NCBI GenBank assembly: GCA_000320545.1
Contig: ADNK01001186.1
Span: 1-64,000 of the forward strand
Length of the DNA: 64,000 nt
Direction of reading: 5' to 3'
Source: Bigelowiella natans CCMP2755
Taxonomy: Eukaryota; Protista; Cercozoa
Shown: in pieces, positions 40,530 to 52,559 of the stretch
Layout: each line of letters begins with the position of its first letter
Position numbering within the stretch: the stretch's first letter is position 1
The notes under the pieces: generated by a model
Databases searched by the model: none
What the model saw: the letters and a program-made list of their open reading frames with translations, nothing else
What the model was told of the DNA's origin: nothing
Program-made: the position numbers and the translations under genes

Positions 40530-42786
40530 CGAGCATGTGGACATGAGCTATACAAGCAATAACCACCCCTAGACCACACCGAAAGCCGAACACGCACACA
40601 CAGTGCAAGCGATGTGCGTGAATGCCGCTAACGTCACTTATCGACAGACTAGAGACGAGATCATGCATGCACACTGTGATGAATCATGCATCTCTAGATC
40701 TAGCATTGCACATGATCGAGAGTGTCATGTGTCTAGTTGTAGTTGCCAAGATCAGCATGTAACATGGATGATGACACAAACTTTTTGTGCATCTGTTTCG
40801 TCAGGGCTAGAGGGCCTCATCCGTGATGGACACAGCTAGACAGTGCCACAATGACACAATGCACACCAGACACGTCCAGACATCGTGTTCACAGAATCGC
40901 GTTGTCTGCAATCGACATCGTGTTGTGGTGTTGAAAGAGTGTGCAGAAAGAAACTGTGATGATCTGCTGATCGACAACGTTTCCAAAGTGTTGCACGACA
41001 CTTGCAAGTTGTGAAACGCAGGGCCCAGCTGAGCCAGCTGCTGAAAACAGCGAGGACTGACTGGTGAAACCAGCATGATTGAAAAATGGTGTGTTGGCAG
41101 GCCACCAGGACACAAGCAAACAGCACGACGTGCCAGCTGACGTGTGGCGTGCAGCGTGGGCTGCTGCTGTCGTTGTGCGAACAACGTGCTTGCAATTGAG
41201 AACCCACGTTTCCAGGTTTGCACACGTCGTTGATGTGAACGAAAACGAATGGATTGATTTTGACACAGACATGACTTGAGACAATCTTGCAAGTGCATCT
41301 AAGTCAGGGGAAGCCCACAACAGACACAGCAATGGCATGCATGATGCACGGGGAAAAATCCAAAAAAAGTCAGGAATTGGCTTCCAGCAGAACACCATGC
41401 TGTGCATTGTGATTGGAGTTGTGTTGCTTGCATGCGCATGCTTGCTGCATGTTGACATGTGGCTAGACAATGAATTTGAACTCACATCGCAGGCCCGCAA
41501 CACTCGCTGCTGCGCTAGCTAGCCAGGCTGCTGCGTCATCGCAACATTGAGATGATGACATGATGACGCACTGAAAAATGAAGTCGAGACAGCGCCCCCT
41601 GTCTCGACTTTCTGCATCACCTAGTCACAGAATGCTCGTTGTTCGAACTGATGCCAGTTTCGAGTGCCATTCACATGCTGGCATGGCTCCCTGTGCGATG
41701 TGCGTGCAGACTTGGACGCGTGCTTTTGCATGCAGCCAAGCGCACACGTGGATTCATCAACAATTTTTCATCGCGACGTCCATCTCGACTTTCATGCATT
41801 TCCCGCTCCACTGCTGCATGCTGATCTTGGCATCTTGGCGAGCAGCCGACCCCTTCTGGCCTTTCATTTTTTCCCGCCAAACTGCATGCTGATCTTGGCA
41901 AGTGGCCTGCAAGTCTGGAAGTGAGAGAAAAAGTGCACGTGTCAATGTGTGCACGTGTCTCCAATCTGGTGTGACGTGTGATCGCAGTCCCAGCAGTGAG
42001 GAAAGGTGGTCAGAAAGAACCACGCAACCCCACTCAAGCACTGCTCATGCTGGAGCGGACACACGCGTGATCTGTCAGGGTCTAGGTAACTCAAGATTCG
42101 TGCACGTTGGTTCGCTAGTTCGGCATGCCAACGCAAGACATGCGCTCTGCAGTGCTGGTGCTGCAGCACGAGCACTGGCAACACGCATTGCAAGCTGAAC
42201 CAGCTGGCCAGTGAAAGCGCATCATGCGCAGCACCGGCAAAACTGAATGCACTTCAAGCAGGCTAGCAGGACTGGAGTCAACAGAGCTAGAGAGGCGGGG
42301 CACGTCTAGCTGACATCGCATCGCACCGAAAGAATTGTGTGATGTTGCCGCGTGTCCACAATTGCGCACCCACAGCCGTGTGCGTCCACTTTTGCCAAGA
42401 AATTCCTGAACGAAAGCTCTGTCAAAACGGCTGTCTGCGACCAGGTCACCAGAAGGTTCACCGTGAACAAGAGCTCTGGTTTTGAAGGAGGTGGAACTAT
42501 CCGTGAAGGAGGTTGCACAGGCTGTGTGCGAACCATGCACCAATGACGTGAGCAAGGCAGGCACAACCTCATCCAAGAGAGAGTTGTTGAACTTTGCATT
42601 TGAAATGGGAAAACAACATTGCCAAATGACGGTCAGTGACAGCAATCCCGGTGTCACATCGGGACAAAACATCGGAGAAGAAGCGAGGAGATCCGGTGCC
42701 GCATCACAATTCGCGAAGCTTCGGTTGTCGAAAGAGGCGTTGCACAACCCTAACATTTTCTTGGAAATCACCCAAAATGTTTCCAA
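40530..42786. other. Largest TpA-depleted island (5), between the chlP 3' end and the EFL promoter
   Basis: By eye, 15 TpA in 40801-42786 (11 in CTAG) and none in 40839-41299; abrupt return of TA at 42787. Confidence 0.95.
41581..41624 (+). mobile_element. Possible Helitron 3' terminus
   Basis: Perfect 12-bp hairpin aagtcgagacag-cgcccc-ctgtctcgactt, then a 10-nt spacer, CTAG and a following T. Confidence 0.35.
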
Positions 42787-43320
42787 TTAATTCAATGCCG
42801 ATAATTTATTGTCCATTAAATGATAATGAATCTCTTTTTTGTACATCTACTCATGTAACCGATCAATTAATTTTTTATTTAAAAAAATATTTGTAAAGAA
42901 CGATATTATGGAATGAAGAAAGTGAGTTTTGGCCCCAGATATGCGCTTTAACCTTTATGATGTGAAAAATTATAAAATTTAGGCATCATATCCACTTGTA
43001 CCAACCCAAATGTGACAAATATAAATCTTACATATAATTTATCGGCCGCGATATTAACTCTCGGATAAAAAGTATATTAGAATATCACCGTGGCTTCGCA
43101 TCCATTCGTAGCTGCGCGATAATACTTATCAAAAACCAACTCGAGTAGAACCCCACCCCTTGTTACACACCACCTATTCACATACGTCTCTCTTTACTTA
43201 GTGATGTGACAACTTCACAACTTCATCGCAAATATATAATGGTTGTTTTTCTTTTGAAAACTGTTTCATTTAACGATTTGTTTGAAGCTTCTTTAGATTC
43301 GTTACATCTTGAGCTGCGTT

Positions 43321-43353
43321 GTAAATGATCCATTTTCTTTTTGTTTATGTTAG
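43321..43353 (+). other. Probable 33-nt 5'-UTR intron of EFL
   Basis: gtaaat...pyrimidine tract...gttag, ending 9 nt before the ATG; an in-frame stop upstream supports ATG 43363 as the start. Confidence 0.4.
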
Positions 43354-43362
43354 ATCTGAACT

Positions 43363-44904
43363 ATGGAGAACCGTTTGGCAGCAGACCCAAAGAACCTTCG
43401 AAAGGATGTCGCTGATAAGCCTCACCTTGGCGTTGTCATCGTCGGTCACGTCGATGCTGGAAAATCCACCACCACCGGACACCTCCTTTTCGAGCTCGGT
43501 ACTATGGACGAACGTGCAAAAGCCGATTTGATTGCGAAGGCAAAGGAAATGAAGAAAGAATCCTTCGCCTTCGCTTTTTTCATGGACAAGCAGAAGGAGG
43601 AGCGCGAGCGTGGTGTCACAATCTCTTGTACCACCAAGGAATTCCACACTACCAACTTCCATTACACCGTCATTGACGCTCCTGGACACAAGGACTTCAT
43701 TAAGAACATGATTTCCGGTGCCTCCCAGGCTGATGTAGCCCTTCTTATGGTTCCTGCAAAGAAGGGAGGTTTCGAGGCTGCTATCCAGAAGGGAGAAGGT
43801 GGTGATGCAGCAAATAAGGGTCAAACCCGCCACCACGCTGAGCTTACTAAGCTTCTTGGAATTCAGCAAATCATCGTGGGAGTCAACAAGATGGACGAAA
43901 AATCTGTGAAGTACGACCAAGCACGTTACAAGGAAATCAAGAAGAACATGCTTAGCATGCTTAAGCAGTCTGGTTGGAAAATCAACGGAAAGCTTACAAA
44001 GGAACTTAAGGAAGCTGGTAAGAAGAAGGGACCTAATCTCATTCCCGTCATCCCTATTTCCGGTTGGTGTGGAGACAACCTTATCGTTCCTTCCACCAAG
44101 ATGCCATGGTTCAACAAGAAAGGATGGACCGCAACCACTCCATCCGGCGTCAAGACCAAGGGAGAGACTCTTTTCCAGGCTCTAGATCAGTTCGTTGAGC
44201 CTGTTACACGTGACCTCGAAAAGCCTCTTCGTTGCCCACTTTCAGGAGTTATTAAGATGTCCGCTGGTACCGTCATTACTGGCCGTATCGAACAGGGAAA
44301 ACTTGAGAAGGAAATTAAGACCAAAACTGGTGTCACTGGTACCCCAGTCAAGTTCTTTCCTTCTGGTTTGAAGGCAAAGGTGTTCTCGATCGAAGCACAC
44401 CACAGATCCCAAGCTAAGGCTGTTGCCGGTGATAACGTCGGTATCTGCATTAAGGGTCTACCAAAGGGTGTTTTCCCTAAACCTGGTGAGGTTATGACGC
44501 TCCTTGAGGACGACTCTGGTCTTGGTAAGACCGAGTGGTTCACTGTTGACGTGAAGGTTCAGGGGCATCCTGGAAAGCTCAAGGTAGGATACACTCCTCT
44601 TGTCCTCGTCCGAACTGCCAAGTGTCCTTGCAAAGTTACCAAGATCAACTGGAAAGTCACAAAGGCTAACCAGAAGCTAATGAAGTCCAAGAAGGAACTT
44701 GATAAGTACAAGGAAGAAGAAGCCAAGTTCATTCAGAAGGGAGATCTTGCTTCGATTACATTTGAGCCTCAAATGCCTTTTGTCGTGTCAAAGCTTTCCG
44801 ATTGCGAGGGACTTGGACGCGTCGCTGTCCTTGAATCTAACTCTCTAGTTATGATCGGTAAGATTACGGACTGCAAGAACAACCCAGTTAAGACAGTTTC
44901 TTAA
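43363..44904 (+). CDS. EFL: Elongation factor-like GTPase (EFL, EF-1alpha paralogue); coding region intronless
   Basis: GHVDAGKSTTTGHLLFELG, KESFAFAFFMDKQKEERERGVTI, DAPGHKDFIKNMISGASQAD, VNKMD. The AFAFFMD..KEFHT pattern and the insertion in FEAAIQKGEGGDAANKGQTR fit EFL rather than canonical EF-1alpha. Confidence 0.93.
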   Translation: MENRLAADPKNLRKDVADKPHLGVVIVGHVDAGKSTTTGHLLFELGTMDERAKADLIAKAKEMKKESFAFAFFMDKQKEERERGVTISCTTKEFHTTNFHYTVIDAPGHKDFIKNMISGASQADVALLMVPAKKGGFEAAIQKGEGGDAANKGQTRHHAELTKLLGIQQIIVGVNKMDEKSVKYDQARYKEIKKNMLSMLKQSGWKINGKLTKELKEAGKKKGPNLIPVIPISGWCGDNLIVPSTKMPWFNKKGWTATTPSGVKTKGETLFQALDQFVEPVTRDLEKPLRCPLSGVIKMSAGTVITGRIEQGKLEKEIKTKTGVTGTPVKFFPSGLKAKVFSIEAHHRSQAKAVAGDNVGICIKGLPKGVFPKPGEVMTLLEDDSGLGKTEWFTVDVKVQGHPGKLKVGYTPLVLVRTAKCPCKVTKINWKVTKANQKLMKSKKELDKYKEEEAKFIQKGDLASITFEPQMPFVVSKLSDCEGLGRVAVLESNSLVMIGKITDCKNNPVKTVS

Positions 44905-45099
44905 TTATGATGATAGCTAGTGACATTGGAATTGTCTTATGCACCATGTTATTACCTCTTAAAATTGCAATTTGATTCTATCAAAAATGAGAATAAGATT
45001 ATGTCGGACGCCTGCAACCATGTTACGCCAGTCGAACCCTCGCGCAATTTGGACGCTCCTTCAGCGAACCCGTCGCTTTTTGGTCATGAGCGGGGCGCG

Positions 45100-46560
45100 G
45101 TGCAGAATGTAAAATGCGGTCATGCACAAAGGTCCTGCATTCGATCATCATGCATGGATTGCAGGCTTGCGCACGCATAGCATGCATGCACACATGTTGC
45201 ATTTCGTTTGTTTGCAGGCACGTGCAGCCATCTAATGCAAGCCATCACAATTCACATTGGGCAAACGCGCACATTTTCACAAAATCACATCTTGCCTACT
45301 AACTAGCCAAACCGTGTAACATTGGGCTGTGTGACGAGCGGGGCCATGATGACATGTGCGCACATGTGGCCAGGAGCAACGCGCATGTGCACGGAATCGA
45401 TGTGATGCAAGTTTTGTGTTCAATCTCGTTCTAGTTTTCGAGAAATTCCAGCTTCATTGCCCAAAATTCAGCCATCTAAGCTGCGTGCCATGCAAGCAGG
45501 AGTTGCAGGAAACTGTTCCTCTGAGCTGTTGATCAAGACCCAGCTAGCCAGCCTGACATGCAGCACAAGGTGTTGGGCCCAAATCCAAAATCTCGAGGAG
45601 ACACCTCAGTTTTTGTGTTTTGAAAAGTGGGCAAAATTGGGGAATCAGAGTTTTCACTTTTTCAAGAAAAAGCAAAAGCCAACTCTCCCATTGGCACGAA
45701 TGCTCAGAAGCGCGCACGCACAGCCAAAAACGATGAAAAGCTGCTGAAAGCACTGGCTAGCTGGTCAAACGAGTCCAGCAGGAGTGTCAATGTGTCGACA
45801 TTTTGTGTGTTCCCACGTGCCGCACACCGAGAATTTTCACAAATGATCAAATTCAATTGAGCCAAATTGAAGTGCGCAATGACAGCTGCACGTTGAGCAA
45901 AAAATTGTCGAAAAACATCATCTAGTTTTTGAGACAGCTCACTTTTTGTGTCGATGTTGCACATTTGGGCAAGATGTGATGCATCGTACGTGCTAGCGTG
46001 AGTTTTCTCGCGGTAACCACAACGCACTAAAAGCGCATTGCGCTTTTGTGCAGCTCTAGAGCTAGTGTGCCTACAATGATGCATGCTAGCATGCAACAAG
46101 GTCATCGATCGCTAGCTGCTAGCTAGCTAGCTAGCGCAGATGCGATCGATCACACCATAGATGCATGCGCACGTGTCGTACGTACGTAGTAGTAGTCATC
46201 GTGCGCTGCTAGCTAGCTAGTGTGTACACAAGTTCAATGGATCGCTAGCTAGGTCGATGTCGATCGAGTAGTGATGCACGTGTGGTGCGTGCGCACGTGC
46301 ACGCGCAAGCAGGGCATTGAATTAGCAAATGTGCACAATCATCATGCACATTATTGCTAGCATAGTCACAAATGTATAGGTACACCACATCTTGGAATAA
46401 CTTTGTTCTAGACTCATATGATGTTGCTTCGCGGCAAATAAGAGTTACGTACTAGTCAAGTAGTAGTGTGACCTATGCAAAGGAGATGATGGTATCATTC
46501 CATTTAGACCAAACGCATGCCATTCGCTGATAAGCTATATGCAATGTCTAGATGTAGCTA
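45100..46560. other. TpA-depleted island 6, between the convergent EFL and ASPH-like 3' ends
   Basis: 45481-45985 is AT-rich but has only 3 TpA, all in CTAG; (GCTA)n arrays at about 46110-46255. Confidence 0.93.
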
Positions 46561-46749
46561 GCAGTTTATGTGCGGCCCCATGGAGAGTGCGACGTCCTCC
46601 AACTTGACGTTGCAAAATCAAAGTGGGAACGCACCTTCGTATCATATTAAGGGCGTCAGGAAAATGGGGGGAAAAAAATCATGCACTAATAATACATTTG
46701 TTGGAATATTCGGCACTATTGCCTCCCCTATGCGACATCGGTTATGTGC

Positions 46750-47029
46750 TGTTTTCACACGCAGCGTGGCAAGCCAATCTGTGGATGTTCTCTAATATAT
46801 GTTCCCATGCGCAGAATGGTAAGAATTGGAGGCACACACACACACACACACACGTCTTAACACTAGCACCTGCTCTCGGTCTTCGGGGGAGAGATGTGGA
46901 TGCCAGATGTCCAGCAACAGCACCACACGATCCTCCTGAGACTCGTTCCAAACCTGCACTCAAAGATATCGATGATTAAATAACATTATCCTACTACTAC
47001 TACTACTACTACTACTACAACTATACACG

Positions 47030-47082
<53 letters not shown>

Positions 47083-48057
47083 GGGGGGGGGAGAGAAAAC
47101 AACCCATCGTTACATAAACAACGAAAACGGGTGAATAACGAAAACGGGTGAATAGGAAAATCACGGATCAATGGTGTTTCATCGCTCAACAATTATATCA
47201 GATAGCTCACCGACACACACTATAATCTTTCTAGAGTATTGAGATCCTCCCCCCTCCCCCCCTCCCCCTTCCTTTTCTGCATCTATTTCCAAAATGAAAA
47301 ATGGAAGCTGACTCTCTTCTGCCTCACCTCATGGTCGTAAGAGTCGTCGAGAACCAAGACTTTGCCCTATCGATTCAACGAGTTATTATTATAATAATGG
47401 TGACGGTCGTGATAACTATAACCATCATCGAAGAACAAAAGGAGAAAGGACAGAAAGTGCAAGCCTTGCAACTGCTACTTCTACTACCACTACTAATAGT
47501 AGTACGTATTAGGGGAGAGGAAAATGAACAATATGCAGGTGCTATATGTGCCCTTGAAACATTCCCATATCCGCCATATGTGCCCTTGAAACATTCCCAT
47601 ATCCGCCAGCTCACAACAGCAACCCAACAAACCACCATAAATGCTACATATCCTTTGCTAATATTTGAAATGATGTTTCATTCGCTTCTTGTAGGTGCGG
47701 CTAGCGGGTAACAGGTAAGACCTTCTCCCATTCCAATGTCAACTTGCCAGCCTATACATAGGGAGAGGGGGAGCGATGGGATTAGTAGCGGTAGTAGTAA
47801 TAGTGGCGGCTATGGTAGCGAGTAGAGCGAAGAAGATGATGCCTCGGAGCATAAAAGAAAGATAGGGTGTACAAATCCCATGCGAGGTTTCTCTTCATTT
47901 TGTTTTCAATTACAAGTGGAATAATACCCGTATCCGGGCGACCGGTTTTCGAGGCAAAATGATGGGAAGATGCAGCCGCAGCCTATGATTACTTGGACCT
48001 TCCGCGAATTCGGGGGAAACGCAAAAACAGAGATGCAAATATATAAGTAAATGTTTT

Positions 48058-48093
<36 letters not shown>

Positions 48094-48302
48094 CATGAAT
48101 CTATAGTGTACTTCCTAGATGCATATAAAATCGGTGATCGCGCTTATGCTGATATTGTTTCATCGTGCTCCTTCTCACCGCAATGCGGCCTGAGGTGGGA
48201 GCTCGAAGCCAAAATGGAGAACTCCATCGAGCCCTGGAGACATGGTAGTAAGGGGAATACGACAACAAGCGTTGTATTCTAATCACAACGCACACGCACA
48301 GC

Positions 48303-48336
<34 letters not shown>

Positions 48337-50299
48337 GCTAATGCATCCTATGCACATAGAGCAGACTTTTGGAAGGTGCGAGGACAGGTCCTTACGCATG
48401 AACATGAGGATCTGTCTGGTGATGGGAAAGTCTTCGATCAAGGCAGGAGCTTTCTCATCATGGTTATCATCGTCGTCGTTGCCGCCACGATTCTCTGCCT
48501 CATTTGCAAGCACAGAGTTCATTCGTTCGCTCTTATCCCCCGACCCATCCTTTCCGGCCCCCCTCCACATTTGGGGCAGCAACCTATTATCACGCGTGTG
48601 TTCGAAGATGAGATGGGCTGCCCCCACAAATAAAATATGCGGAGAGGTCAGCAATACCAGCAGGGGCCAATCTGTGTGTATCGTAGTTGTTGCATGTAGC
48701 CCGCGCGCACATGAGAGAGTGTTCTCAAACCTGCCGTTTCTTGCGAAAATGAGCTGCCTCCACGACTGATTGCATAGAGCTTAGATTAAAAGATCATCAC
48801 CTCTGATGCAGATGAGCCACCACCTCATATCTTCTTTCGTCATTATCCCTCCACTGTCTCTTCCATTGCGTGTTTTATATCTACTTCTGCCCGCCTCACC
48901 ACCACACAGCCTCACCCCTTATTACATCATACCCCGTGATCAGCAATATTTTCGTTGTCCTCATGGAGAGAGGGGTGGCGCGAGGAGTAGAAGCGGCGAA
49001 ACTCCTCCTGAGATATGGAGAAGTAGTCACACTTGTTGTATACAAAAGTCTGGTGGGTGAAGAATACGTGTCGAACACTTAATAACCCCCGCCTCCCCCC
49101 TGACACACACACACACACACGCACACACACACACACACGCACAAAGTTTGCTGATGCATATTCAGCTCACTAGTTCGTTAGTATAATGAGAAAGTCGCAT
49201 CATTCTCGTACACCTCTATCTCCTCCGAGCTGTCCTCCAGCATCGAGACCAGCCGCCAAACATCGTGAAATCTTTGCCAGAAGTACAACGACACATCAGC
49301 ACGTGGAAACTCCCAGCTGCGCTGCGTTAGGCTACTACCACCACTACTTACTACAACAACGACTACGACTACTATTATTATTATCTACACCGCCGCCGCC
49401 GCTAGTACTGCTGCTGCTGCTCCTGCTCGTTCTTACTACTTTGGGTCATTTTTGAGAGTGCGGTTGATGTGGGGGAAAGGAGAAGAAGGAAGGGCGCGTC
49501 CAGGGAACAGGTAACCTGGCCTATACCCAGCAGCAGTAGTAGCAGCAGCAGCACATGGCATCAAATAAGCAAAAAGCCACCACCGAACCACCATTACTAG
49601 CAGTAGGGCAGGGTACGGATGATGAAGTATAATGCTATGCTCTCACACTCCGAAGATGATGTTAGAGGGCTGTACCTTTTCGCAACTTTCTATTACAGCC
49701 TCCCCCACCCCCCCCACCCACACATCCACATACACACCGGTGCTCTTTTCTAAGGGTCGCAGAACTGCTGCTGGCATTTGTGAGGCATTTTCCTCTCGCT
49801 GCTACAACAACTATCTAATGACCTTTGCTCTGTCGATGTCCACACACCTTGCGACACGGCGCTCTTATAGCACTCCTGGCAAAGTAGAGCCCATTTGAGA
49901 GGTATTCAGACAACACATAAACCACACCCCCCAGTGTATGCTTCCTGTACTCTACAAGCAGTGGTGACTAATGAGGCCATGTTTACTACTAAGGCATTGA
50001 AAGCCTGTGAAAATCTGGAATTTCTATCTCTACACTAAATAATCCTTCCATACACATAATTCGAAACCTACTCGACCGAAGATCTACCCCCCCCCCCCTC
50101 CTTTGCTGCGACCATAACAGCTATGCAACAAGTTTCCTTCGTCCACTAATCTGACCTTCTCCGCATCCAAGTCTCCCATCGCCCTGTACGCCTGTGTGAA
50201 AGGGCAGATTTATTATTCAGCGCAGCTTTGTAGCACCATGGGGGGAGCGTATGCTCTGGCAGGTTGCTCTTAACACGATAGAATAAAAAGACAATGTCT

Positions 50300-50344
<45 letters not shown>

Positions 50345-50599
50345 AATTATTTTAGAATCAAAGTTAAGAGGGGGGGAGATTTATTGGAATCTTCTCGACA
50401 TAATGTAACCTCTCTTCTAACACATTTCTTGGGGGGGGGTTGCATCGTGAGGCGGTAGGTATTAGTTAATGAGATAAGGGGTTGGGAGCTAACACGAATC
50501 GACCCTTCCAAGACGGTAAAATATCGAGGATAATTGTACTGATGCCCTTCCTGAGTCCCGGGCCGCAACTATTGGGGGTTTGTGGTGTGCGCGTGTGTC

Positions 50600-50637
<38 letters not shown>

Positions 50638-51545
50638 TCAATAGCAAGTTAGCGCTTCTTGGCATAGTATAATTTTATACGTTCCATTCGAGCAGCGACT
50701 TCAAGGTGCCTGGCAGCAATCCGGGGCTGGACATCGCCCAGTCGAAACCCCACGTACATGTGGAGAGCCCTGCCAATCAGTCACACATCAATCAGACGGC
50801 GATCGATCTGACACGCCACCCCTCATCTCACCAAGGTCTCACGGGAAGACATAGACGAAGAAGAAGGAGGAGGAGGAGGAGGAGGAGGGAGGGGGGGGGG
50901 GAGGGGTTAAAAAAAGTTAACTATTCCGTGAAGATAGACTCAACGACCGACAACCTATTTTCTCCATCGCTCCCTACTTGTGTGCCCTTTTGCTGGTTGG
51001 AAGCCTTTAAGCCTCCCTCTCCCTTGCTTGCAGCATGCCCATATCCACCATCGTCCTTATCACCGTCATCATCGTCGTTACTATCGTCGTCATCATGGTC
51101 CACCACTGTTGCTGTTGCGCCATCGTCATTTCTCAATACTTTTTCCATCCATCTTTCAAGCACACGATTCTATGGAAGATGATAGATATCAACAGAGATG
51201 TGAGTAGACAGGAGGAGACTGCAAAGCTAACGAGCCAACCCCCCCATCCCCCCTCTCTCCCCCTCTCTCACTCTATACATCTTCTGCGGCTTTGATATAA
51301 TAATCAGGGTGTGCTGCAGGATGTTTGGTTTTTAAGTCTCGCGTCTCACTCACACGCAATTGGTGTAGGTGCGTTTGGCAGCCGCATTGCAGCTGCAAAA
51401 GCACGCATACGTCTACTCTTACTCTTTCTTCTCACCCCTTCCTCTTCCCTCCCGCTGATGATTAATGTGGTTCCATAATATCTGCGAGGTGGAGAAAGAG
51501 TCCGTTAGAACGCCAGCGCATGCAATTTTGATAGGAACTTAGTAT

Positions 51546-51615
<70 letters not shown>

Positions 51616-51885
51616 ATCTGTGGACGTTAGGTTACAAAGTCAGATCTTACGCAGCAAATTTGTCGCTCTGTGGTGAGAGAGAATATGCATTCTTCAGACT
51701 CTCCACTGCTCGATCCATGAGAGAGGAAGAAGAAGGAGAAGAAGAAGAAGAAGCAGAAGAAGAAGAAGACAGAGGTGCTGCAGTGGTGTTGCGATCATCA
51801 TTGGTGTCCTCAGTATGTTGACCCGCCTTCTCTCTTTTAATTTGTAGTGACTGGTGGAGATTTATAAGGCTGGATCCTTCGATTC

Positions 51886-51923
<38 letters not shown>

Positions 51924-52453
51924 GCAAGCACAAATGCACGCTAATCAGCGGCCAGTGCATGTTAGCACCGATTTGGAATAGAGTGCCGTTGTCTTGGCGG
52001 GATGATATAGCTATCAATAGATATAAGGTTATTACCTAAATTAAACCACAGCGTCGGTGATGCATGCGTGTGCCCCGTTGCCTCTAGGATTTGCAAACAC
52101 GAGTTGAGAAGAAAGTGAGTATCGCCTTGCATCCCAAAATTAAATTGGTATAGAGGTCAGAACAACTCAGAGCTGCTCTCACAACCTAATTACATTATGA
52201 TTACTATTACCTTGAAATGCTCTAACAGCTCTCTCCCACCACCTTTTAGGGTAGCAAGATCAAGATGGATAACATCGTTGCGTCAAAACGATGAATTTGT
52301 AGAAATGTAATCCCCCATCACCACCACCATGTCTTCAATTCAAAAATATAATGTGCAGGCAGTGATATTACCCAATCCTCGAAGCGGATTCTCCCGCCAT
52401 CACCTTAATCAACAAAAATTGGAGAAATAGATAACTTATGGATATACGCGCAC

Positions 52454-52496
<43 letters not shown>

Positions 52497-52503
52497 AGGG
52501 GAG

Positions 52504-52559
<56 letters not shown>

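Noticed and set aside
40801-42786. CpG-methylation decay or fungal-type RIP as the cause of the islands
   Set aside because: Both predict CpG or CpA loss with TpA gain or retention. Here CpG and CpA are plentiful and TpA is missing.
43345-44543. Minus-strand ORFs of 191, 77 and 118 aa
   Set aside because: Antisense shadows of EFL. The same applies to 38856-39927 opposite chlP.
47119-47153. 17-bp tandem duplication (aacgaaaacgggtgaat x2) and other short direct repeats as CRISPR-like units
   Set aside because: No spacers, only two copies, intronic eukaryotic context; ordinary slippage.
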